DNA of 64,000 nucleotides from an uncultured bacterium (GTDB lineage Bacteria; Patescibacteriota; Minisyncoccia; Phycocordibacterales; CAIJYI01): positions 177 to 64,176 of the forward strand of contig CAIJYI010000043.1 of the NCBI GenBank assembly GCA_903824855.1, in the 5' to 3' direction. Made by a program: the position numbers and the translations under genes. This document shows, piece by piece, positions 10,143 to 21,051 of the stretch (the stretch's first letter is position 1; every line of letters begins with the position of its first letter). The notes under the pieces were generated by a model that saw only the letters and a list, made by a program, of their open reading frames with translations, was not told where the DNA came from and searched no databases.

Positions 10143-10397
10143 ATGACCGAAACAACAAAAAAAGAAACTTGGCGTTGTACTATTTTTGTAGGAAAAGATG
10201 ACGTGTCTGTCATTTTTTGCCGAAGCGATATCTTGAGTGTTCCGAAGGAAGTGTCCATCGGAAAACTGGTTGCATCATATTCTCATGAGGTTATCCCTCA
10301 CAAAGAATGGGCACAGGAACTTGAAAGACAAGGCGCACCTATTTTTGTGATAAAAAGAGTAAGGGATTTTTTCAAACAATACACACCAAAAGAATAG
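10143..10397 (+). CDS. Hypothetical protein, 84 aa
   Basis: TTGACA-17-TATCCT promoter, AAGGAG SD and its own terminator at about 10405-10434. Confidence 0.65.
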   Translation: MTETTKKETWRCTIFVGKDDVSVIFCRSDILSVPKEVSIGKLVASYSHEVIPHKEWAQELERQGAPIFVIKRVRDFFKQYTPKE

Positions 10398-10488
10398 TAA
10401 TACAAAGGGCCGGATGCTTTCCGGCTCTTTTTTATTACCATTCAATAGCACATTTCCTGACGCTTGCCCAAAATACTCGTAATGTCCC

Positions 10489-10690
10489 TTGACTATTTCT
10501 GGCGTTTTGATATGATAACTATCACTTGTTAGTATCGCACGAATGCGTATTTTTTATATGTGTTATTGCGGAGCTCACACGTGTTATTGAAAAAATTTAT
10601 TAGCGATAATTGCAATATTTATTAACGGTCAGGGTTAAGTTGATCAAATCTTAAGAGCTTAACTTTGACCGGTAAATAATAAAAAAATAT
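10489..10690 (+). promoter_or_regulatory. tuf-rpsJ promoter and structured 5' leader
   Basis: TTGACT-16-TATGAT; a 16-bp hairpin at 10626-10671 contains three G.U pairs. Confidence 0.6.
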
Positions 10691-11887
10691 ATGGCAGTAG
10701 AAGAATTTAAGAGGGATAAACCTCACGTAAATGTTGGTACAATCGGTCACGTTGACCACGGAAAGACTACTCTTACCGCGGCAATTCTCCATGTCCTTAA
10801 TATGGCTGGAAAGACCGTTAAGATGAAAAGTGTTGATCAGATTGACTCAGCACCGGAAGAAAAAGCTCGTGGAATCACGATCGCTCTTTCTCACAATGAA
10901 TACTCGACTGATTCTCGCCACTACGCGCACATCGACGCACCGGGACATGCTGACTATATTAAGAACATGATCACCGGAGCAGCACAGATGGACGGAGCAA
11001 TCCTCGTCGTTGCAGCACCGGATGGAGCTATGCCTCAGACTCGTGAGCATATCCTCCTCGCACGCCAAGTTGGAGTACCGAGAATGCTCGTATTCCTCAA
11101 CAAATGCGATCTCGTTGATGATCCGGATTTGATTGACCTCGTTGAAGAAGAAATTCGCGAATTGCTCACCAAGCAAGGATATGATGGCGCAAATGCTCCT
11201 ATCATCCGTGGTTCAGCTACAAAAGCTCTCGAATCAAAATCACTTGATGACCCATACGCAAAGAGTATCCTACAACTTACCGATGCTCTCGATACCTACA
11301 TCCCGGTTCCGGAAAGAGAGACAGACAAACCGTTCCTTATGCCTGTTGAAGACATCTTCACAATCGAAGGACGCGGAACTGTTGCTACCGGACGTATTGA
11401 AAGAGGTATCATCAAAGTCGGTGAAGACGTTGAAATCGTTGGTTTGAAACCAACCGTTAAGACTACTATCACCGGTATCGAAATGTTCAACAAATCTTTG
11501 AAGGAAGGATTTGCAGGAGACAACGCAGGAGTTCTTCTCCGCGGAGTCAAGAAAGAAGACGTTACGAGAGGTCAGGTTCTCGCTAAACCGGGTTCCGTTA
11601 CTCCTCATACCGAATTCTCAGGAGAAGTTTACATTCTTTCAAAAGAAGAAGGTGGACGCCATACTCCATTCTTCACAGGATACAAACCTCAATTCTATAT
11701 CCGAACCACTGACGTAACCGGAGAGGTTACCTTAAATCCGGGAGTAGAAATGGTTATGCCTGGAGATACCGTTACATTCACCGTAAAACTTATCATGCCT
11801 GTCGCTCTTGAAGAGAAGATGCGTTTCGCCGTCCGTGAAGGAGGACGAACTGTCGGATCCGGAGTCGTCACCAAAATCATTGCGTAA
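10691..11887 (+). CDS. tuf: Elongation factor Tu
   Basis: [17 protein letters not shown] and NKCD. Confidence 0.99.
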   Translation: MAVEEFKRDKPHVNVGTIGHVDHGKTTLTAAILHVLNMAGKTVKMKSVDQIDSAPEEKARGITIALSHNEYSTDSRHYAHIDAPGHADYIKNMITGAAQMDGAILVVAAPDGAMPQTREHILLARQVGVPRMLVFLNKCDLVDDPDLIDLVEEEIRELLTKQGYDGANAPIIRGSATKALESKSLDDPYAKSILQLTDALDTYIPVPERETDKPFLMPVEDIFTIEGRGTVATGRIERGIIKVGEDVEIVGLKPTVKTTITGIEMFNKSLKEGFAGDNAGVLLRGVKKEDVTRGQVLAKPGSVTPHTEFSGEVYILSKEEGGRHTPFFTGYKPQFYIRTTDVTGEVTLNPGVEMVMPGDTVTFTVKLIMPVALEEKMRFAVREGGRTVGSGVVTKIIA

Positions 11888-11913
11888 ATCGGCACTAGTG
11901 CGCTCATAAAAAA

Positions 11914-12348
11914 ATGCCTACAAAAACCACGACAACAAAAACAGCGACAAAAGCGGTCAAGCCTGTAGCGAAAGCTGCAGCGAAGCCCGTAGCAGCGGTA
12001 AAAGCTCCGAAAGTCACAACGGTTGTAAAAAAATCCGATGAATTTCAGAAGCTTCGCATCCGCGTTCGAGCCTACGAGCACAAAATTCTTGATGCTTCGG
12101 TCAAGCAGATCATCGATACGGCCGTTCGCTATGACGCAAAAGTCATGGGCCCTGTACCATTGCCTGCCGAGATCAAAAAGTATACGGTCAACCGTTCAAC
12201 TTTTGTCCACAAAGATGCAAGGGAACAATTTGAGATTCGAACGCACAAACGTTTGATTGATATTGAAAACCCAAGTCCGAAAGTAATCGAGGCTCTCACG
12301 AACCTTTCCTTACCTTCAGGCGTCAACATCGATGTAAAAATGATGTAA
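11914..12348 (+). CDS. rpsJ: 30S ribosomal protein S10 with a Lys/Ala/Thr-rich N-terminal extension
   Basis: LRIRVRAY, GPVPLP and REQFEIRTHKRLIDI. Confidence 0.97.
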   Translation: MPTKTTTTKTATKAVKPVAKAAAKPVAAVKAPKVTTVVKKSDEFQKLRIRVRAYEHKILDASVKQIIDTAVRYDAKVMGPVPLPAEIKKYTVNRSTFVHKDAREQFEIRTHKRLIDIENPSPKVIEALTNLSLPSGVNIDVKMM

Positions 12349-12475
12349 TAAAAATTCCAAAGGGAATTTCAAAAAACACCCGCATATTTCATGCGGGTGT
12401 TTTTGTGTGAAATGATGGCGTATACCAATAAAATAAAAAACCACCCAAAGTTTTTACTTTAGGTGGTGCTTCTCT

Positions 12476-12892
12476 CTATTTTACAACGTCAGGGCAAACA
12501 GATTTGTCGACGACGGTTTGGCCGTAGGCTATGCCGTTGTATTTCCATATGTGCATCTTCGCGAATGAGTCATAACCGCCGGCTTGGAGTTTTTCTTCAC
12601 TCCATTGGCACTTTTGCAAAGTGGCTTCACCGACCCTGTCGATGATTTCATTCATTGCTGAATTAAAATTTTTCTGAGGTGTTATTGCAACACCGTAGGG
12701 TTGGTCCGGAACCACCATTTGGTTTGTAAGTACCGGAAGGGAATTCACTTGTTCGCTCGTCGAAGTCGGAGATTTTTCACCCGAGGTGAAGTATCGATCT
12801 GCTATTCCAAATCCGAAGTCAGCTATTGCGAATCCGATGATGATAAAAGATACAAGAATAATCTGGGCGGTAATTTTTTGTGTTTTGTTCAT
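12476..12892 (-). CDS. Hypothetical membrane-anchored or secreted protein
   Basis: N-terminal hydrophobic helix, two Cys, TTGACA-17-TACTGT promoter and AAGGAG SD. Confidence 0.7.
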   Translation of the reverse strand: MNKTQKITAQIILVSFIIIGFAIADFGFGIADRYFTSGEKSPTSTSEQVNSLPVLTNQMVVPDQPYGVAITPQKNFNSAMNEIIDRVGEATLQKCQWSEEKLQAGGYDSFAKMHIWKYNGIAYGQTVVDKSVCPDVVK

Positions 12893-12998
12893 TTTTCTCT
12901 CCTTTTTCAGAATGTGCGTTATCCGAATACCACAGTAACAATAAAGTTATTCAGTGTCAATTTGTGCATGTTAGAAAAATTTTGTATAATTCTACATT

Positions 12999-13724
12999 AT
13001 GGTCAGTGTTTCAGCAGAACATATTTTTTCTGTATTTAATATGCCTGTGACAAATTCAATGCTTACGGCATGGATGGTTGTTATTCTTTTGTCGGTTGTG
13101 TCTTATTTTGCTACAAGAAAAATGAAAATCGTTCCGACCGGAATGCAAAATTTTTTTGAAATGGCTATTGAGGAACTTTTCAAGATTGTCGAGAGCGTTT
13201 TTGGGAACAGGGAACAAACACTCAAATATTTTCCTTTTGCCGTCACATTTTTCTTCTTTATTTTAACCGCCAACTGGATGGGTCTTTTGCCGGGATTTGG
13301 AAGCATCGGTTTTTATGAGGAGGGCGTTTTTGTTCCTATTTTTCGAAGCGCTACCGCTGATTTAAATACCACACTCGCTTTTGCAATGATTTCGGTAATT
13401 ATGATACAAGTCGCCGGAATTATGGCGCTCGGAGTCAGAAAATATGGAAAGAAATTCATCAATTTTTCCAGCCCGCTCAATTTTCTTGTCGGACTTCTCG
13501 AACTCATGTCTGAATTTGCAAAAATTATTTCCTTCTCATTCCGTCTCTTCGGAAGCGTTTTTGCCGGCGAAGTTTTGCTTGTTGTTATCTCCGGTCTTGT
13601 TCCGTATATTGTTCCTCTTCCGTTTCTTGGGCTCGAACTGTTTATCGGCGCCATTCAGGCATTTGTTTTTATGCTCCTCACTGTAGCGTTTATAAAAATA
13701 GCGACAACGGAGATGGCGCATTAA
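12999..13724 (+). CDS. atpB: F0 ATP synthase subunit a
   Basis: SFRLFG with the conserved Arg, and IQAFVF. Confidence 0.96.
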   Translation: MVSVSAEHIFSVFNMPVTNSMLTAWMVVILLSVVSYFATRKMKIVPTGMQNFFEMAIEELFKIVESVFGNREQTLKYFPFAVTFFFFILTANWMGLLPGFGSIGFYEEGVFVPIFRSATADLNTTLAFAMISVIMIQVAGIMALGVRKYGKKFINFSSPLNFLVGLLELMSEFAKIISFSFRLFGSVFAGEVLLVVISGLVPYIVPLPFLGLELFIGAIQAFVFMLLTVAFIKIATTEMAH

Positions 13725-13768
13725 AATGTTTATAAAATATTATTAATTATTAAGTTATATATAATTGT

Positions 13769-13987
13769 ATGGAATTAAAATTCATTGGTATTGGACTTGC
13801 TATTGGTCTCGCTGCAATCGGAGCGGGTCTTGGAATCGGTAAAATCGTTGCTCAGACGATTGAATCAACAGGAAGAAATCCTGAAGCTCAGGGTAAACTC
13901 TTCTCAATGATGATCTTGGGTGTCGCCTTTACTGAGGCTCTCGCAATTTTCGCTTTGGTCTTGTCCTTCATGATGATCAGTAAATAG
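13769..13987 (+). CDS. atpE: F0 subunit c, probably H+-type
   Basis: GAGLGIG, RNPE and FTEAL; lacks the Q...ES/T Na+ signature. Confidence 0.96.
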   Translation: MELKFIGIGLAIGLAAIGAGLGIGKIVAQTIESTGRNPEAQGKLFSMMILGVAFTEALAIFALVLSFMMISK

Positions 13988-14015
13988 AGTTTCATTAACA
14001 TAATTCATTATTTGC

Positions 14016-14507
14016 ATGGACGTACTTCAAAATTTCGGAGTTGAATGGCCGTTTTTTATAGCCCAGCTCGTCAATTTCGCCATATTATTTCTTGTTCTCA
14101 AACGGTTTTTATACAAACCGATTTTGGACATGTTGGAAAAACGACGAATTGAGATCGAGGAAGGTCTTGCGAATGCGCGAAAAATGGCTGAAGACGCGAA
14201 GAAATTTGATGCAGAACACGCTTTGCTCATGCAAAAAGCGAAAAAAGAGTCGGGTGAGATTACTGCTAATGCGGTGCTCGCGGGAGAAAAAATTCGTGAC
14301 AGTATTTTGAAAGACGCCACCCAAAAAGCGAAGGATGTATTGGCTTCTGCCGAAGTTCTTATTGAAGATGAAAAAAAGAAGATGCTGTTGGAAGTAAAAG
14401 GAGAAGTACTCACTTTAGCAACGGCAATTGTTGAAAAAATTCTTAATGAAAAAATGGATAGCGCGCATGATAAAAAATTCATCGAAGGATTGATGGAAGA
14501 AAAATAG
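14016..14507 (+). CDS. atpF: F0 subunit b
   Basis: AQLVNF...YKPILDMLEKR followed by a coiled coil. Confidence 0.95.
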   Translation: MDVLQNFGVEWPFFIAQLVNFAILFLVLKRFLYKPILDMLEKRRIEIEEGLANARKMAEDAKKFDAEHALLMQKAKKESGEITANAVLAGEKIRDSILKDATQKAKDVLASAEVLIEDEKKKMLLEVKGEVLTLATAIVEKILNEKMDSAHDKKFIEGLMEEK

Positions 14508-14516
14508 AAAAAAAGT

Positions 14517-14906
14517 ATGGATAAAACAGCCCTCTATTCAAAAGCATTTTTAGAAAGCATTCAGGGACTTCCTGAGAAGAAGGTTTTGCCTGCACTCTTA
14601 CGTTTTAAAGAGGTTCTTAAAAACAGAGAAGAAAGTCATTTATACCCGCGAATACTTCGGAATATTATTGCGTCTATTGAATATCGCGAAATTGCAACGA
14701 TTACCTCTGCGCGCGAACTTGATAAGAAACTTCAGAATTCAGTGATAAAAATGATTAGGAAAAATTTTCCCGACCTATCTAAAGAATATATTCGTTTCAA
14801 TGTTGATGAAAAAATGTTGGGAGGTATTTCTATCTCATATCGTGATCAAATGTTTGACGGTACGATACAGGGAGCCCTCCAAAAATTAATTGGTATCCAC
14901 AAATAA
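14517..14906 (+). CDS. atpH: F1 subunit delta, short form
   Basis: ATITSAREL...VDEKMLGG...DGT and its position in the operon. Confidence 0.85.
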   Translation: MDKTALYSKAFLESIQGLPEKKVLPALLRFKEVLKNREESHLYPRILRNIIASIEYREIATITSARELDKKLQNSVIKMIRKNFPDLSKEYIRFNVDEKMLGGISISYRDQMFDGTIQGALQKLIGIHK

Positions 14907-14913
14907 AAATATT

Positions 14914-16413
14914 ATGAACAGCGCTCAACACATCATCGATACATTAAAAAAAGAGCTCTCGGAGGCCAAAATTGAGGCCGGTTTCGAGAACGTCGGACAT
15001 GTCACCGAAATAAAAGACGGCATCGCCCGTGTTTCAGGATTGTCTCAATGTTTCTACAACGAACTCCTCGAGTTCGGCGGTGGTGTTTTGGGAATGGCAC
15101 TCAGTCTTGAAGAAGATTCCGTTGGCGTTATTGTCCTCGGAGATTACTCACATATCAAAGAAGGGGATACGGTAAAAACAACGGGAAATATTGCGAGCGT
15201 CCCCGTAAGTGATGAATTGCTTGGTCGTGTCATCGACCCACTCGGAAATCCTCAAGACGGACGGGAAAAAATTCCTGCAAAAAAACGCTATCCGATTGAA
15301 AAAATTGCCGCCGGAGTTATCCAAAGAAAAGCCGTATCTGAACCAATTGAAACAGGAATCAGAGCCATCGACGCACTTATCCCAATTGGTCGCGGACAAC
15401 GCGAGCTCATCATCGGTGACCGCCAGACCGGAAAGACCGCCATCGCCGTCGACACTATCATCAACCAAAAAGGGAAGAACGTTATTTGTATTTATGTTGC
15501 CATCGGTCAGAAAGAATCAAAGACCGCGAAAATCGTTGCTGAATTTAAAAAGTCAGGAGCCATGGAACACACTATCGTAGTGAATGCTTCTGCGGCAATG
15601 CCTGCTTCTCTTCAATATATCGCACCATTTTCCGCATCCGCTATCGGAGAATATTTCATGGATCAAGGAAAAGATGTTTTGGTTGTTTATGATGATCTTT
15701 CCAAACACGCTTGGTCATATCGTGAAATTTCACTCCTCCTTCGGAGACCTCCGGGCCGCGAAGCCTATCCGGGAGACGTATTTTATTTGCACTCCCGTTT
15801 GCTTGAGCGTTCAGCAAGACGCGATGAAAAATATGGTGGCGGTTCTATTACCGCACTTCCGATTATTGAAACTCAACAAGGAGACGTTTCCGCCTACATT
15901 CCTACTAACGTAATTTCTATTACCGACGGACAAATTTATCTCGATACCGACCTCTTTTATTCCGGAGCTCGCCCGGCTTTGAACGTTGGACTTTCTGTTT
16001 CTCGCGTAGGAGCAACCGCTCAAACTAAGTCGATGAAACAATTCGCCGGAAAACTTCGCCTTGACCTCGCACAATTCCGCGAACTTGCCGCTTTTGCACA
16101 ATTTGAAGGTGATTTAGATGAAGGCACAAAAAACCAAATTGCCAGAGGACGCAGACTCACAGAACTCTTGAAACAAGCTCAATTCTCACCACAATCAATT
16201 CCACGTCAGGTAGTCGGAATTTTCGCCGTCACACAAGGAATGGCTGATGATGTTGAACCGAAAGATATTTTTGCTTTTGATGAAAATCTTTTCAGATACA
16301 TGGAAGACAAAGGACAAGACATAATTGCAGAAATTGAAAAAGGAATAAAATTAAGTGATGAGATCCAAGCGAAGTTGAAGGAATTGATTACAAAGTTTAA
16401 GGAGATAAGTTAA
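14914..16413 (+). CDS. atpA: F1 subunit alpha
   Basis: GDRQTGKT and [21 protein letters not shown]. Confidence 0.99.
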   Translation: MNSAQHIIDTLKKELSEAKIEAGFENVGHVTEIKDGIARVSGLSQCFYNELLEFGGGVLGMALSLEEDSVGVIVLGDYSHIKEGDTVKTTGNIASVPVSDELLGRVIDPLGNPQDGREKIPAKKRYPIEKIAAGVIQRKAVSEPIETGIRAIDALIPIGRGQRELIIGDRQTGKTAIAVDTIINQKGKNVICIYVAIGQKESKTAKIVAEFKKSGAMEHTIVVNASAAMPASLQYIAPFSASAIGEYFMDQGKDVLVVYDDLSKHAWSYREISLLLRRPPGREAYPGDVFYLHSRLLERSARRDEKYGGGSITALPIIETQQGDVSAYIPTNVISITDGQIYLDTDLFYSGARPALNVGLSVSRVGATAQTKSMKQFAGKLRLDLAQFRELAAFAQFEGDLDEGTKNQIARGRRLTELLKQAQFSPQSIPRQVVGIFAVTQGMADDVEPKDIFAFDENLFRYMEDKGQDIIAEIEKGIKLSDEIQAKLKELITKFKEIS

Positions 16414-16493
16414 TGAGGTTATAGGTTATAGGGGATAGGGTTTAGACAACGACCTAACCCCTAAAACCGATAACCCAAAACCTAACACCTAAC
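16414..16493. repeat. Heptamer-periodic inverted-repeat hairpin at the atpA/atpG junction
   Basis: TAGGTTA/TAGGGGA/TAGGGTT arm followed by a CTAACCC/CTAAAAC/CTAACAC arm. Confidence 0.8.
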
Positions 16494-16495
16494 AT

Positions 16496-17404
16496 ATGCC
16501 AAGCACACGAGATATTAAACGTCGAATAAAGCTCATCAAAACTACGAGTCAAATAACTCGGGCGATGGAGCTTGTTGCGGCGACAAAAATGAAACGTGCC
16601 GAAGTGGAAGCTCGCTCGACGCAGGCATATTCTTCGAGAGGAAGAAAAATTCTTCGTGCTCTTATGGAACATTCCGATACCGAACTTTCTCCATTCTTTA
16701 AGACAAACGAAAAAGGGAAGATTCTTGCTCTTGTAATAACTCCTGATCGCGGTCTTTGCGGGGCACTCACCGGAAACGTCCTTCGCCAAGCCGTAGCTCT
16801 TCTTTCAAAATATGAGAAAGATGATGTAGATATTATGACTATCGGAAAAGTCGGACAGGATACGTTCAAAAGACAGGGATATAATATTATCGCAACCGCT
16901 ACGCATCTCGATTGGAAACCAAAAATATTTGATATTAGACCATTTTCAAAAATTGCACTCGACGGATATTCATCGGAGAAATATCGCCGTGTCTATTTGA
17001 TTTTTACACATTTTATTTCAAACTCAGTACAACATCCCGCCATTCGATGGCTCTTTCCATTCTCTCCCGACGATGAAAGTGAAGATATGTTGCACGTTAA
17101 AACTTTAGAAAAATATCCGCTTGGTCCAAAAGAAGACCTACATGCGACCGAGAAATTTGAATATTTATTTGAACCGTCACCCGCAAAAGTTCTTCCATTT
17201 ATTATTCGGAACCTTGTCGAAATGGAAATGTATCAGGCCCTCCTCGATTCCAACGCCGGAGAACATTCAGCCCGAATGATTGCGATGCATTCCGCGACAG
17301 AAAACGCAAAAGAATTAGTCGGCGATCTTTCCCTCACTTTCAACCAAATGCGCCAAGAGGGAATTACCAGAGAGCTTGCGGAGATAAGTGCATCAAATGC
17401 ATAA
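16496..17404 (+). CDS. atpG: F1 subunit gamma
   Basis: ITRAMELVA, DRGLCG, EHSARMIAM and RQEGITREL. Confidence 0.98.
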   Translation: MPSTRDIKRRIKLIKTTSQITRAMELVAATKMKRAEVEARSTQAYSSRGRKILRALMEHSDTELSPFFKTNEKGKILALVITPDRGLCGALTGNVLRQAVALLSKYEKDDVDIMTIGKVGQDTFKRQGYNIIATATHLDWKPKIFDIRPFSKIALDGYSSEKYRRVYLIFTHFISNSVQHPAIRWLFPFSPDDESEDMLHVKTLEKYPLGPKEDLHATEKFEYLFEPSPAKVLPFIIRNLVEMEMYQALLDSNAGEHSARMIAMHSATENAKELVGDLSLTFNQMRQEGITRELAEISASNA

Positions 17405-17418
17405 AACATAATTTGTAA

Positions 17419-18801
<1,383 letters not shown>

Positions 18802-18836
18802 AGAGCTCATAGCGAGAACCTAAAAGCTAAAAAAAC

Positions 18837-19277
18837 ATGTCTACATTTCGACTCAAAATAATAACGCAAGAAGAGGTACTTCTCGAACAGGAAGTGGAGT
18901 CGCTTTATGTTACGACAATTGATGGTGATATCACCGTTCTTCCTCATCACACTCCGTATGTAAGTATTCTCAAACCTGCCGAAGTAATCATCAAAGTAGG
19001 AGGGAAGGAAGAATCATTCGCTTGCACCGGCGGAATTTTAGAAGTTACTCCCGAGAAAGTTGTTATCCTTGCAGACTCCGCGGTTCGAACGGAAAAGATT
19101 GATGAAGAAGCGGCGTTAAAAGCGAAAGAACGTGCCGAGAGTGTCATGGCAGAGAAATTGGAATCAAGAGAAAATGCCGAGGCGATGCTTGCTCTCGAAA
19201 AAGCTCTCCTTCATCTTCGTGTCGCGCAAAAAAGAAAGCACCGATCTTCATTGCCGACAAACCCAAATCAAGAATAA
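18837..19277 (+). CDS. atpC: F1 subunit epsilon
   Basis: GDITVLPHHTP, GGILEV and C-terminal helices. Confidence 0.96.
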   Translation: MSTFRLKIITQEEVLLEQEVESLYVTTIDGDITVLPHHTPYVSILKPAEVIIKVGGKEESFACTGGILEVTPEKVVILADSAVRTEKIDEEAALKAKERAESVMAEKLESRENAEAMLALEKALLHLRVAQKRKHRSSLPTNPNQE

Positions 19278-19320
19278 AAAAACGCCCCGGAAGACGGGGC
19301 GTTTGACTAAACTTTGAATA

Positions 19321-19479
19321 TTATTTTCCGAATAATTTATGATACCACTTAACCAAAGAATCGTGATACTCAAATTCTTTTGATATAATTATTCCAAAAA
19401 ATAAAGAAAGAGCACAGATGAAAAATAACAAAATTAAAACTAAACCTTCCGGCGAAGAATATACAAAATCGTGAAGCAT
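19321..19479 (-). CDS. Small membrane protein, 52 aa (MLHDFVYSSPEGLVLILLFFICALSLFFGIII...), not in the ORF track
   Basis: AAGGAG SD, TTGACA-16-TATAGT promoter, a terminator at 19278-19305 and one transmembrane segment. Confidence 0.7.
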   Translation of the reverse strand: MLHDFVYSSPEGLVLILLFFICALSLFFGIIISKEFEYHDSLVKWYHKLFGK

Positions 19480-19595
19480 AATTTCTCCTTTTTAAATAAA
19501 TTGCAACGATTAAACTACATTCACTATAGAATAATGAGATTTTTTGTCAATCGTTTTCTCATAATAAAACCCCCGAAATATTTCGGGGGTTTGAA

Positions 19596-19757
19596 CTATT
19601 TTTTGTTTGTAGGTTTTGTAAAAACCTCTTTAAGAAATTTAATGAGTCCGAGTTCGTCAGAACAAATAAACATCAAAAATCCGATAAGTAAGAGGCCTCC
19701 ATAAAACAAAAGTACCGCAATACCTTCCCACGAACCTAGCATCGTTTCGTACAACAT
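19596..19757 (-). CDS. Small membrane protein, 53 aa (MLYETMLGSWEGIAVLLFYGG...), paralog of 19867-20151
   Basis: GGGAG SD, TTGACA-16-TATACT promoter, its own terminator, and an N-terminus nearly identical to the neighbour. Confidence 0.8.
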   Translation of the reverse strand: MLYETMLGSWEGIAVLLFYGGLLLIGFLMFICSDELGLIKFLKEVFTKPTNKK

Positions 19758-19866
19758 ACATTTCTCCCTGTTTAAAATAAGTGGTGTACCTATGTAAAGT
19801 ATAGCACAATTGATAAAATTGTCAAGTAATAAAAAACGCCCATTTTGATGGGCGCTTTGGGTTTTT

Positions 19867-20151
19867 TTAGAATATTCCTAATAGGGCGAATACTCCTTCT
19901 AAGAATATATAAACGATAAAGAGTAATAATCCAAGAATATAGGGAGCAGCTACTATAACTGCAATCGCACAGAATATCCATGCAAGTTTTTTTAATACTT
20001 CTTTTGGTTTTAAAAAGCTCTTTAAGAAATTCAATAGGTCCGATTTCGTCAGAGAACAAATAAACATTAAAAATCCGATGAGTAAGAGGCCTCCATAAAA
20101 CGAAAGTAGAGCAATACCTTCCCACGAACCCAACACTGTTTCGTACAACAT
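19867..20151 (-). CDS. Small membrane protein, 94 aa
   Basis: GGGGAG SD, TTGACA-16-TACTTT promoter, its own terminator and 2-3 hydrophobic segments. Confidence 0.8.
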   Translation of the reverse strand: MLYETVLGSWEGIALLSFYGGLLLIGFLMFICSLTKSDLLNFLKSFLKPKEVLKKLAWIFCAIAVIVAAPYILGLLLFIVYIFLEGVFALLGIF

Positions 20152-20270
20152 ACATTTCTCCCCAGTTTCAATTAGGTGATATATCTATATCCAAAGTATC
20201 ACAATATAATGTTTTGTCAAGTAATAAAAAAACGCTCTCTATCAGAGAGCGTTTGAACTTTTTTTGCTTT

Positions 20271-20423
20271 TTATTCTATGAGTAAAAGCAGACTTGCGAT
20301 AACATGCATTACTAAAGATATCGCCATAAATGAAGCAAGAACAATTACATACAGAGATATAATGATAATAGCGGCAGGGAGGAATATTATTGGGAATAAT
20401 AATATTATAATCCAAAGAAGCAT
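20271..20423 (-). CDS. Very hydrophobic 50-aa peptide (MLLWIIILLFPIIFLPAA...), possibly starting at GTG 20444
   Basis: Open frame directly after 20437-20664, followed by a terminator at 20226-20255. Confidence 0.55.
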   Translation of the reverse strand: MLLWIIILLFPIIFLPAAIIIISLYVIVLASFMAISLVMHVIASLLLLIE

Positions 20424-20436
20424 TGTTGAGGCAGTT

Positions 20437-20664
20437 TTATTCACGAGGTGAAGCCCTGTTTTTTTTAGAAAATATCTTGTATGCGCCGAAGATGGCGAGA
20501 GCGGGAATTATTCCATATATGAATATTAGTCCCCCAAAAGCAACAAGAAGAGCGAAGATGATTGCAAGAAGAGGAATCAGGTATAATACGGCAATGATAA
20601 CGATAGGAGATATTATTACTCCAAATAAAATCCATCCTGTTCTTGGTTGAGTGGGTTGTGTCAT
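20437..20664 (-). CDS. Small membrane protein, 75 aa
   Basis: AAGGAGG SD, long hydrophobic core and basic tail. Confidence 0.75.
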   Translation of the reverse strand: MTQPTQPRTGWILFGVIISPIVIIAVLYLIPLLAIIFALLVAFGGLIFIYGIIPALAIFGAYKIFSKKNRASPRE

Positions 20665-20685
20665 TGAGAACCTCCTTTTTTATTT

Positions 20686-20925
20686 TTAAGTTAACCGACG
20701 TTTAATTGAGAGACCGATGAGCGCAATCGCTAAAATTATCATCACAATCCACCAAACGCTAAACAAAAAGGCGAAGATTGTACTAAAGATAATGAAGAGA
20801 AGATAAAATAAAAACCAAATAAGGTATAAAATTTCAAATGCGGCAATCATAAGGAATGGGGAGAGCATAATGCACAAAAGAGTCTGTGCTGTTTGCAATA
20901 AAAGTATATTTCCAGACATGTTCAC
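20686..20925 (-). CDS. Small membrane protein, 79 aa
   Basis: AGGAGG before GTG, long hydrophobic core and KRR tail. Confidence 0.7.
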   Translation of the reverse strand: MNMSGNILLLQTAQTLLCIMLSPFLMIAAFEILYLIWFLFYLLFIIFSTIFAFLFSVWWIVMIILAIALIGLSIKRRLT

Positions 20926-21051
20926 AAAGAACCTCCTGCCGACATAGTATCATGTTACTCTTATTTGTAAAGTCGTGCCGTTCGGTGTTTTACGGGGTTT
21001 CATTTCTTTATATATTTGTTAAATCTGAGGGAAGTTTGATATACTGATGGT

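Noticed and set aside
10847-11608. Long antisense ORFs over tuf, the atp genes, groEL and r-protein genes
   Set aside because: These are typical shadows of biased codon usage, with no motifs or initiation signals.
13769-13987. Na+-coupled ATP synthase
   Set aside because: Subunit c lacks the Gln and the Ser/Thr after the Glu that define Na+ binding.
19790-20155. 121-aa alternative-frame ORF
   Set aside because: The SD spacing and paralog identity favour 19867-20151. This frame only preserves the pre-frameshift reading of a short segment.
19278-20940. Integron cassette array (attC sites)
   Set aside because: The spacers are short terminator hairpins plus promoters, with no proper RYYYAAC...GTTRRRY attC structure, and there is no integrase in the window.
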